A stretch of DNA of 64,000 nucleotides, from the NCBI RefSeq assembly GCF_030028105.1, contig NW_027277693.1, positions 186,001 to 250,000 on the forward strand, written 5' to 3'. Position 1 is the first letter of the stretch, and each line of letters opens with the position of its first letter. Positions 30,101-42,100 of this stretch are shown piece by piece. This stretch comes from Mobula birostris (lineage: Eukaryota). The position numbers and the translations under genes were made by a program. Under the pieces are notes generated by a model, which saw only the letters and a program-made list of their open reading frames with translations, was not told the origin of the DNA and did not search any database.

Positions 30101-33100
30101 AACTTCTGAGCTTCTAAAGTGAGCTATTTCTTCCCAGGTATCATTTTAATTCTAAAATAGTGACAGATCAGATTCAAGATTTGGTTTTTCTGTTACATCT
30201 GCATTCAAACATTCAATGAAATGCTCGTTTTTCTGGATGAACAACACAGGACAAGGATGAGGTAGGGGCAGCCGTAAGAGTCACCCTGCTTCCAGTGTCA
30301 ACATGGCATGCCCACAACTTACTAACAAAAAGGCTTTGGCACCGTAGCAGGAATCTAGAATACCCAAGGGAAAGCCACGGCAATCACAGAGAGAAAGTAC
30401 ACACTCTTTCAGGACAACAGAAGGAATTGAAATGCCATGAGTCGTGCCCCAACTTCGCTTCTCACCGTTACACTGAAGCTGCTCTGCGTTCTTTTCGCTC
30501 TTCTCGTGCGTGTCGGTTGAAGATGTCAAGTTATCTGTTTGCTCACTGCTCAATGAGGAAGTCTCAGTGCCCTTTGGATCCTTGCTCGACCCTAGTGCAC
30601 ACCACACATATCAATCAGCAACATGCAACCTGTGATTTGGTGTTGATGTTAACTTAGAACCGATGGGGATTTTCTGTTCTGACCCTCCCTCCTCCCACGC
30701 CCCAATCCCTGTGTGTCACTGACTGACTGTGAAACAGATCTGACAGTTTCCCATCAAACCCACCACAGACACACCTGCCCTCGGGCATGTAATGGGAGAC
30801 TGAAGGATGTACAGAATGAGGCTATTCAGCCCATCGTTTATTACGCCAAGAACGAGGTGATTTGTCCAGTGAGTCTGTGATGACCAATATGCCCAGCTGG
30901 ATAAACCCAATTTCCTGCAGTCAACTTTATCCGCTCTAACCCTGTCTTTTCATGCATCCACCCAGGTGCCCCTTCAATGATACCATTGTACCTGCTGCAC
31001 CCACTGTCTCGGGCAGCTCTGTCCATATACGCACCACCCTATGGGTGAAAGAATTGCCCCTCAGGTCCTATTTAGACCATTCCGATTCACACTAAGCATA
31101 TGTCCCAAGCTTTGGACTCTCATGACGTGTAGGAAAGACTGTTGGCATCCACCTTATCCTTGCCACACCATGATTTTAAAAGTTCCTATATTATCATCAC
31201 CTCCTACATGACAGGAAATAATGACCTACTGTGGATAATCCCACACTATTACTCAGTACAGGCAACAGTCTTGCAATTCTCTGCCCAATATCCAGATTCA
31301 TCACATCTTTCCTATAAAAGGGTGACCAAAATTCTGCACCACGTTTCATTTGCAGCCTCACCAATAACATTTTCAACAGCAACATAACCTACTAGTTCCA
31401 CACTCAACAATTGAATGCCAGCGTGCTAAATGTTATTTTCTCCCAACATGTTCCTGCAGCTCGGGACATAAGCAGAACTTCTGAGCTTCTAAAGTGAGCT
31501 ATTTCTTCCCAGGTATCATTTTAATTCTAAAATAGTGACAGATCAGATTCAAGATTTGGTTTTTCTGTTACATCTACATTCAAACATTCAATGAAATGCT
31601 CATTTTTCTGGATGAACAACACAGTACAAGGATGAGGTAGGGGCAGCCGTAAGTGTCACCCTGCTTCCAGTGTCAACATAGCATGCCCACAACTTACTAA
31701 CAAAAAGGCTTTGGCACCGTAGCAGGAATCTAGAATACCCAATGGAAAGCCACGGCAATCACAAAGAGAAAGTACACACTCTTTCAGGACAACAGAAGGA
31801 ATTGAAATGCCATGGGTCGTGCCCCAATCTTCGCTTCTCACCGTTACACTGAAGCTGCTCTGCGTTCTTTTTGCTCTTCTCGTGCGTGTCGGTTGAAGAT
31901 GTCAAGTTATCTGTTTGCTCACTGCTCAATGAGGAAGTCTCAGTGCCCTTTGGATCCTTGCTCGACCCTAGTGCACACCACACATATCAATCAGCAACAT
32001 GCAACCTGTAATTTGGTGTTGATGTTAACTTAGAACCGATGGGGATTTTCTGTTCTGACCCTCCCTCCTCCCACGCCCCAATCCCGGTGTGTCACTGACT
32101 GACTGTGAAACAGATCTGACAGTTTCCCATCAAACCCACCACAGACACACCTGCCCTAAGGCATGTAATGGGAGACTGAAGGATGTACAGAATGAGGCTA
32201 TTCAGCCCATCGTTTAATACACCAAGAACGAGGTGATTTGCCCAGTGAGTCTGTGATGACCAATATGCCCAGCTGGATAAACCCAATTTCCTGCAGTCAA
32301 CTTTATCCGCTCTAACCCTGTCTTTTCATTCATCCACCCAGGTGCCCCTTCAATGATACCATTGTACCTGCTGCACCCACTGTCTCGGGCAGCTCTGTCC
32401 ATATACGCACCACCCTATGGGTGAAAGAATTGCCCCTCAGGTCCTATTTAGACCTTTCCGATTCACCCTAAGCATATGTCCCAAGCTTTGGACTCTCATG
32501 ACGTGTGGGAAAGACTGTTGGAATCCACCTTATCCTTGCCACACCATGATTTTAAATGTTCCTATATTATCATCACCTCCTACATGACAGGAAATAATGA
32601 CCTACTGTGCATAATCCCACACTATTACTCAGTACAGGCAACAGTCTTGCAATTCTCTGCCCAACATCCAGATTCATCACATCTTTCCTATAAAAGGGTG
32701 ACCAAAATTCTGCACCACGTTTCATTTGCAGCCTCACCAATAACATTTTCAACAGCAACATAACCTACTAGTTCCACACTCAACAATTGAATGTCAGCGT
32801 GCTAAATGTTATTTTCTCCCAACATGTTCCTGCAGCTCAGGACATAACCAGAACTTCTGAGCTTCTAAAGTGAGCTATTTCTTCCCAGGTATCATTTTAA
32901 TTCTAAAATAGTGACAGATCAGATTCAAGATTTGGTTTTTCTGTTACATCTACATTCAAACATTCAATGAAATGCTCGTTTTTCTGGATGAACAACACAG
33001 GACAAGGATGAGGTAGGGGCAGCCGTAAGTGTCACCCTGCTTCCAGTGTCAACATGGCATGCCCACAACTTACTAACAAAAAGGCTTTGGCACCGTAGCA

Positions 33101-36100
33101 GGAATCTAGAATACCCAAGGGAAAGCCACGGCAATCACAGAGAGAAAGTACACACTCTTTCAGGACAACAGAAGGAATTGAAATGCCATGAGTCGTGCCC
33201 CAACTTCGCTTCTCACCGTTACACTGAAGCTGCTCTGCGTTCTTTTCGCTCTTCTCGTGCGTGTCGGTTGAAGATGTCAAGTTATCTGTTTGCTCACTGC
33301 TCAATGAGGAAGTCTCAGTGCCCTTTGGATCCTTGCTCGACCCTAGTGCACACCACACATATCAATCAGCAACATGCAACCTGTGATTTGGTGTTGATGT
33401 TAACTTAGAACCGATGGGGATTTTCTGTTCTGACCCTCCCTCCTCCCACGCCCCAATCCCTGTGTGTCACTGACTGACTGTGAAACAGATCTGACAGTTT
33501 CCCATCAAACCCACCACAGACACACCTGCCCTCGAGCATGTAATGGGAGACTGAAGGATGTACAGAATGAGGCTATTCAGCCCATCGTTTATTACACCAA
33601 GAACGAGGTGATTTGTCCAGTGAGTCTGTGATGACCAATATGCCCAGCTGGATAAACCCAATTTCCTGCAGTCAACTTTATCCGCTCTAACCCTGTCTTT
33701 TCATGCATCCACCCAGGTGCCCCTTCAATGATACCATTGTACCTGCTGCACCCACTGTCTCGGGCAGCTCTGTCCATATACGCACCACCCTATGGGTGAA
33801 AGAATTGCCCCTCAGGTCCTATTTAGACCATTCCGATTCACACTAAGCATATGTCCCAAGCTTTGGACTCTCATGACGTGTAGGAAAGACTGTTGGCATC
33901 CACCTTATCCTTGCCACACCATGATTTTAAAAGTTCCTATATTATCATCACCTCCTACATGACAGGAAATAATGACCTACTGTGGATAATCCCACACTAT
34001 TACTCAGTACAGGCAACAGTCTTGCAATTCTCTGCCCAATATCCAGATTCATCACATCTTTCCTATAAAAGGGTGACCAAAATTCTGCACCACGTTTCAT
34101 TTGCAGCCTCACCAATAACATTTTCAACAGCAACATAACCTACTAGTTCCACACTCAACAATTGAATGCCAGCGTGCTAAATGTTATTTTCTCCCAACAT
34201 GTTCCTGCAGCTCGGGACATAAGCAGAACTTCTGAGCTTCTAAAGTGAGCTATTTCTTCCCAGGTATCATTTTAATTCTAAAATAGTGACAGATCAGATT
34301 CAAGATTTGGTTTTTCTGTTACATCTACATTCAAACATTCAATGAAATGCTCGTTTTTCTGGATGAACAACACAGGACAAGGATGAGGTAGGGGCAGCCG
34401 TAAGTGTCACCCTGCTTCCAGTGTCAACATGGCATGCCCACAACTTACTAACAAAAAGGCTTTGGCACCGTAGCAGGAATCTAGAATACCCAAGGGAAAG
34501 CCACGGCAATCACAGAGAGAAAGTACACACTCTTTCAGGACAACAGAAGGAATTGAAATGCCATGAGTCGTGCCCCAACTTCGCTTCTCACCGTTACACT
34601 GAAGCTGCTCTGCGTTCTTTTCGCTCTTCTCGTGCGTGTCGGTTGAAGATGTCAAGTTATCTGTTTGCTCACTGCTCAATGAGGAAGTCTCAGTGCCCTT
34701 TGGATCCTTGCTCGACCCTACTGCACACCACACATATCAATCAGCAACATGCAACCTGTGATTTGGTGTTGATGTTAACTTAGAACCGATGGGGATTTTC
34801 TGTTCTGACCCTCCCTCCTCCCACGCCCCAATCCCTGTGTGTCACTGACTGACTGTGAAACAGATCTGACAGTTTCCCATCAAACCCACCACAGACACAC
34901 CTGCCCTCGGGCATGTAATGGGAGACTGAAGGATGTACAGAATGAGGCTATTCAGCCCATCGTTTATTACACCAAGAACGAGGTGATTTGTCCAGTGAGT
35001 CTGTGATGACCAATATGCCCAGCTGGATAAACCCAATTTCCTGCAGTCAACTTTATCCGCTCTAACCCTGTCTTTTCATGCATCCACCCAGGTGCCCCTT
35101 CAATGATACCATTGTACCTGCTGCACCCACTGTCTCGGGCAGCTCTGTCCATATACGCACCACCCTATGGGTGAAAGAATTGCCCCTCAGGTCCTATTTA
35201 GACCATTCCGATTCACACTAAGCATATGTCCCAAGCTTTGGACTCTCATGACGTGTAGGAAAGACTGTTGGCATCCACCTTATCCTTGCCACACCATGAT
35301 TTTAAAAGTTCCTATATTATCATCACCTCCTACATGACAGGAAATAATGACCTACTGTGGATAATCCCACACTATTACTCAGTACAGGCAACAGTCTTGC
35401 AATTCTCTGCCCAATATCCAGATTCATCACATCTTTCCTATAAAAGGGTGACCAAAATTCTGCACCACGTTTCATTTGCAGCCTCACCAATAACATTTTC
35501 AACAGCAACATAACCTACTAGTTCCACACTCAACAATTGAATGCCAGCGTGCTAAATGTTATTTTCTCCCAACATGTTCCTGCAGCTCGGGACATAAGCA
35601 GAACTTCTGAGCTTCTAAAGTGAGCTATTTCTTCCCAGGTATCATTTTAATTCTAAAATAGTGACAGATCAGATTCAAGATTTGGTTTTTCTGTTACATC
35701 TACATTCAAACATTCAATGAAATGCTCGTTTTTCTGGATGAACAACACAGTACAAGGATGAGGTAGGGGCAGCCGTAAGTGTCACCCTGCTTCCAGTGTC
35801 AACATAGCATGCCCACAACTTACTAACAAAAAGGCTTTGGCACCGTAGCAGGAATCTAGAATACCCAATGGAAAGCCACGGCAATCACAAAGAGAAAGTA
35901 CACACTCTTTCAGGACAACAGAAGGAATTGAAATGCCATGGGTCGTGCCCCAATCTTCGCTTCTCACCGTTACACTGAAGCTGCTCTGCGTTCTTTTTGC
36001 TCTTCTCGTGCGTGTCGGTTGAAGATGTCAAGTTATCTGTTTGCTCACTGCTCAATGAGGAAGTCTCAGTGCCCTTTGGATCCTTGCTCGACCCTAGTGC

Positions 36101-39100
36101 ACACCACACATATCAATCAGCAACATGCAACCTGTGATTTGGTGTTGATGTTAACTTAGAACCGATGGGGATTTTCTGTTCTGACCCTCCCTCCTCCCAC
36201 GCCCCAATCCCGGTGTGTCACTGACTGACTGTGAAACAGATCTGACAGTTTCCCATCAAACCCACCACAGACACACCTGCCCTAAGGCATGTAATGGGAG
36301 ACTGAAGGATGTACAGAATGAGGCTATTCAGCCCATCGTTTAATACACCAAGAACGAGGTGATTTGCCCAGTGAGTCTGTGATGACCAATATGCCCAGCT
36401 GGATAAACCCAATTTTCTGCAGTCAACTTTATCCGCTCTAACCCTGTCTTTTCATGCATCCACCCAGGTGCCCCTTCAAAGATACCATTGTACCTGCTGC
36501 ACCCACTTTCTCGGGCAGCTCTGTCTATATACGCACCAACGTACAGGTGAAAGAATTGCCCCTCAGGTCCTATTTAGACCTTTCCGATTCACCCTAAGCA
36601 GATGTCCCAAACTTTGGACTCTCATGACGTGTGGGAAAGACTGTTGGCACCCACCTTATCCTTGCCACACCATGATTTTAAATGTTCCTATATTATCATC
36701 ACCTCCTACATGACAGGAAATAATGACCTACTGTGCATAATCCCACACTATTACTCAGTACAGGCAACAGTCTTGCAATTCTCTGCCCAATATCCAGATT
36801 CATCACATCTTTCCTATAAAAGGGTGACCAAAATTCTGCACCACGTTTCATTTGCAGCCTCACCAATAACATTTTCAACAGCAACATAACCTACTAGTTC
36901 CACACTCAACAATTGAATGCCAGCGTGCTAAATGTTATTTTCTCCCAACATGTTCCTGCAGCTCAGGACATAAGCAGAACTTCTGAGCTTCTAAAGTGAG
37001 CTATTTCTTCCCAGGTATCATTTTAATTCTAAAATAGTGACAGATCAGATTCAAGATTTGGTTTTTCTGTTACATCTACATTCAAACATTCAATGAAATG
37101 CTCGTTTATCTGGATCAACAACACAGTACAAGGATGAGGTAGGGGCAGCCGTAGTGTCACCCTGCTTCCAGTGTCAACATGGCATGCCCACAACTTACTA
37201 ACAAAAAGGCTTTGGCACCATAGCAGGAATCTAGAATACCCAAGGGAAAGCCACGGCAATCACAGAGAGAAAGTACACACTCTTTCAGGACAACAGAAGG
37301 AATTGAAATGCCATGAGTCGTGCCCCAACTTCGCTTCTCACCGTTACATTGAAGCTGCTCTGCGTTCTTTTCGCTCTTCTAGTGCGTGTCGGTTGAAGAT
37401 GTCAAGTTATCTGTTTGCTCACTGCTCAATGAGGAAGTCTCAGTGCCCTTTGGATCCTTGCTCGACCCTAGTGCACACCACACATATCAATCAGCAACAT
37501 GCAACCTGTGATTTGGTGTTGATGTTAACTTAGAACCGATGGGGATTTTCTGTTCTGACCCTCCCTCCTCCCACGCCCCAATCCCTGTGTGTCACTGACT
37601 GACTGTGAAACGGATCTGACAGTTTCCCATCAAACCCACCACAGACACACCTGCCCTCGGGCATGTAATGGGAGACTGAAGGATGTACAGAATGAGGCTA
37701 TTCAGCCCATCGTTTATTACACCAAGAACGAGGTGATTTGCCCAGTGAGTCTGTGATGACCAATATGCCCAGCTGGATAAACCCAATTTCCTGCAGTCAA
37801 CTTTATCCGCTCTAACCCTGTCTTTTCATGCATCCACCCAGGTGCCCCTTCAATGATACCATTGTACCTGCTGCACCCACTGTCTCGGGCAGCTCTGTCT
37901 ATATACGCACCACCCTATGGGTGAAAGAATTGCCCCTCAGGTCCTATTTAGACCATTCTGATTCACACTAAGCATATGTCCCAAGCTTTGGACTCTCATG
38001 ACGTGTAGGAAATACTGTTGGCATCCACCTTATCCTTGCCACACCATGATTTTAAATGTTCCTATATTATCATCACCTCCTACATGACAGGAAATAATGA
38101 CCTACTGTGGATAATCCCACACTATTACTCAGTACAGGCAACAGTCTTGCAATTCTCTGCCCAATATCCAGATTCATCACATCTTTCCTATAAAAGGGTG
38201 ACCAAAATTCTGCACCACGTTTCATTTGCAGCCTCACCAATAACATTTTCAACAGCAACATAACCTACTAGTTCCACACTCAACAATTGAATGCCAGCGT
38301 GCTAAATGTTATTTTCTCCCAACATGTTCCTGCAGCTCAGGACATAAGCAGAACTTCTGAGCTTCTAAAGTGAGCTATTTCTTCCCAGGTATCATTTTAA
38401 TTCTAAAATAGTGACAGATCAGATTCAAGATTTGGTTTTTCTGTTACATCTACATTCAAACATTCAATGAAATGCTCGTTTTTCTGGATGAACAACACAG
38501 TACAAGGATGAGGTAGGGGCGGCCATAAGTGTCACCCTGTTTCCAGTGTCAACATAGCATGCCCACAACTTACTAACAAAAAGGCTTTGGCACCGTAGCA
38601 GGAATCTAGAATACCCAATGGAAAGCCACGGCAATCACAGAGAGAAAGTACACACTCTTTCAGGACAACAGAAGGAATTGAAATGTCATGAGTCGTGCCC
38701 CAATCTTCGCTTCTCACCGTTACACTGAAGCTGCTCTGCGTTCTTTTCGATCTTCTCGTGCGTGTCGGTTGAAGACGTCAAGTTATCTGTTTGCTCACTG
38801 CTCAATGAGGAAGTCTCAGTGCCCTTTGGATCCTTGCTCGACCCTAGTGCACACCACACATATCAATCAGCAACATGCAACCTGTAATTTGGTGTTGATG
38901 TTAACTTAGAACCTATGGGGATTTTCTCTTCTGACCCTCCCTCCTCCCACACCCCAATCCCGGTGTGTCACTGACTGACTGTGAAACAGATCTGACAGTT
39001 TCCCATCAAACGCACCACAGACACATCTGCCCTAGGGCATGTAATGGGAGACTGAAGGATGTACAGAATGAGGCTATTCAGCCCATCGTTTAATACGCCA

Positions 39101-42100
39101 AGAAGGAGGTGATTTGCCCAGTGAGTCTGTGATGACCAATATGCCCAGCTGGATATACCCAATTTCCTGCAGTCAACTTTATCCGCTCTAACCCTGTCTT
39201 TTCATGCATCCACCCAGGTGCCCCTTCAATGATAGCATTGTACCTGCTGCACCCACTGTCTCGGGCAGCTCTGTCTATATACGCACCACCCTATGGGTGA
39301 AAGAATTGCCCCTCAGGTCCTATTTAGACCATTCCGATTCACCCTAAGCAGATGTCCCAAGCTTTGGACTCTCATGACATGTGGGAAAGACTGTTGGCAT
39401 CCAGCTTATACTTGCCACACCATGATTCTTTATATTTCTATATCATCACCACCTGCTGTGTTACAACGAATAATGACCTAGAATGGAAAACCCCTCCCTA
39501 TTATTCAACACTGGCAACAGTCTTGCAATTCTCTGCCCAATTTCCAGTTTAACCAAATCTTTCCTCTTAAAGGGTGACCAAAACTCTGCACCATGTTCGA
39601 ATGGCAGCCTCACCAATAACATTTTCAACGGCAACATAATGCTCTAGTTCCGTATTCAATGCCCAACTAATGAATGTCAACGGGCTGAATGGTACTTTTT
39701 CCCAACATGATCCTGCAGCTCAGGACAGAAGCAGACCATCTGAGCTTCTAAAGTGAGCTATTTCTCCTCAGGTATTATTTTAATCTTAAAATAGTGACAG
39801 ATCAGATTAAAGATCTGTTTGTGTGTTAGTTCTACATTGAATCATTGAAACATTCAGTGAAATGCTCGTTTGCCTCAATGAACAACACAGTACAAGGATG
39901 AGCTGGGGGGTGCGCCCGTAGCTGTCACTGTGATCCCATTACCAACGTAACATGCGATCAACTTACTTACACTAACCCTTTGCGAAATGGCAGGAAACTG
40001 AATACTTCATGGAAACCTACTGCAGTCATGGGGAGAAAGTACAAACTCCTTAAAGACAGTGGTGGGAGTTGAACACACATGGCTGCTACTGTAAAGTTTA
40101 TGCTAATCACTACAGAATTTCTTGGGATTTTCCTTAACCTTATCTTCTAGACCCATCTCACACCCTCTCTCTTTGCCCTCCTGATTTCCCTCTTGATAGT
40201 ATTCTTAGTCATTCAATGTTAAGGGATTCACTGGGAAATAACCTAATTGCACCTTGTCCTTCCATATTTTTCTTGACCAAAGCCTGAATATCTCTCGTCT
40301 TGACAGGTTTACCCTCCACTTCGACAGGAACATACTGCCTCTGCAGACTTGATATTTCTCAACTCCTGCCCTAATCGCTCAGGGCGAGCCCCAAGCCTGC
40401 ATTCTCACCGTTACACTTCTCCGAATTCCTGCCTCTCTTCCTTTGGCTCCATCCTGAAGGAATCGAACAATCCAATAGTTCATTCACCACCGAAGTCTCA
40501 TCGTCCGGCGCATTGTCACCGCGCCCTACTGGAAAACATACACATCATTCAGAAGCCTGAAGATTTATCTCCCTTATGTCACTGTAAGGCTGCCAATACC
40601 ACCTCCCTGGTCATAAGACTGTCCACCAAAACATTTCCACGTTTCCCGTATTTCTTGAGCATGCTCAGTAAACACTGAGGAAAAATACATTTTAAAACCA
40701 CACCCATCTCCAGCTGCAGAAGACATCGGCAGCCTTGCTGATATCTAAGGGAACCTACTCTCTTGCCAGCCACTCTTTTACTCTTGATTAAACGTCTTGG
40801 GATTTTCTTAACCTCACCTGCCAGATTCATCTTTTACTCTCTCTTTTCTCTGATGATCTTCCTTTTGAGAGTATTCTGAGCCTTTCTAATTCAAGGGATT
40901 CACAAATCCTAGACCAAAACATTCCTTCAGTTAGTCCTGACGAAGGGTCTCGGCCTGAAACGTCGACTGCACCTCTTCCTAGAGATGCTGCCTGGCCTGC
41001 TGCGTTCACCAGCAACTTTGATGTGTGTTACCAAAATACTCTGTGTGTTTCATTCTTTTTCCTGATCAGAACTTGACAATCTCTCATCATCCAGAATTCC
41101 CCACACTTGCCAGGTTTACCGTTCACCTCAAAGGAACATATTGCCCCTTAACTCTCAATCTCTCTGCAGTCATGCCCCAAGCCTGCCCTCTCACCGTTAC
41201 AGTTAAGCTTTTCTGAGCTACTGCCATTCGTCTCTGGGCTCCAGATTGAAGAACTACGAGAAGCCGATCGTTCATTTGACACTGATAGGGTCTTACCACC
41301 CTGCAGATCTTCACTCCACCCTATTGCACAACACAAACAGCATATTGTTACCTGGGAATTGGTACTGAATTGACCTCAGGACCCATGGGGGATTCCTTCT
41401 CTGACCCACCCACCCTCCTTCCTGCTGTATCTTCTGACTGACTGGGGTACAGACCCATCACTCTCCCCCCACTACCACCCCAGACACACATCTGACACGT
41501 CCCTTATGTTTGTAGTGGGAAGTTTACAGTGTAAAATGAGGTGTAGCAATAGAGAGTCAGGTTTTACCCACCGGAGCAGGAACCTCCTCTGGGTCGGGTC
41601 CTGTCGATGAGACTCTGTTTGACAGTCTGAATCACTGTGGGGCACTGGTACGTCTTTGATCTACTCCACCAGCTACTGGAATCCATCCAGAATACACGAA
41701 AAACTTTAGTTCCCTCATGGAATAACCCTGAATTTTTTGTTATCTTCTCCTCTCTGACAGCTGTGGATTTCTGCAATAGAATCACGGCACAGATGTCTTC
41801 CTTCTGCACCAAACCTCCTCCTGAAACACAGAGTAACAGAGTGAGCTGGGTGATGCCGTGGGAGGGCTGTGTGTCCCTCAGGGTACATCAGCACCTTCCA
41901 CCCAGGGCTGTGCCCTCCCTCCTGCCCCCTGTATGCCCGGGTGGTGTTGTGGTGATGCTGTCTGTGTACAAGGCAGTCCTCACACCCCCACTACAGGCAC
42001 TCACGTCCCACAGGAGGTACAGCACAGGGATTTTCAGCCCAACCACCAGCTCCCCTATCAGGTGCACAGAAAGATCCACATACACCATTTCACACAGAGC

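Larger units (their letters stand above)
23555..39400. repeat. Tandem array of ~1375-bp units (11 full periods plus a diverging 12th); each unit is one 126-nt linker exon plus intron with CR1/SINE relics
   Basis: Exon 3' ends recur at 23589, 24965, 26340, 27716, 29091, 30466, 31842, 33217, 34592, 35968, 37342 and 38718 (spacing 1374-1376); units near-identical. Confidence 0.97.

Noticed and set aside
23555-39400. CRISPR-like or spacer-bearing array
   Set aside because: Eukaryotic context; units are near-identical along their whole length with no unique spacers.
23559-39552. Dozens of recurring 60-120 aa ORFs in the array (MLLLKMLL..., MSQALDSH..., MSTWHAHN..., MDRAARDS...)
   Set aside because: Chance frames or CR1 relics copied by the tandem repeat; only the 126-nt segment has conserved splice sites and diverged homologs.
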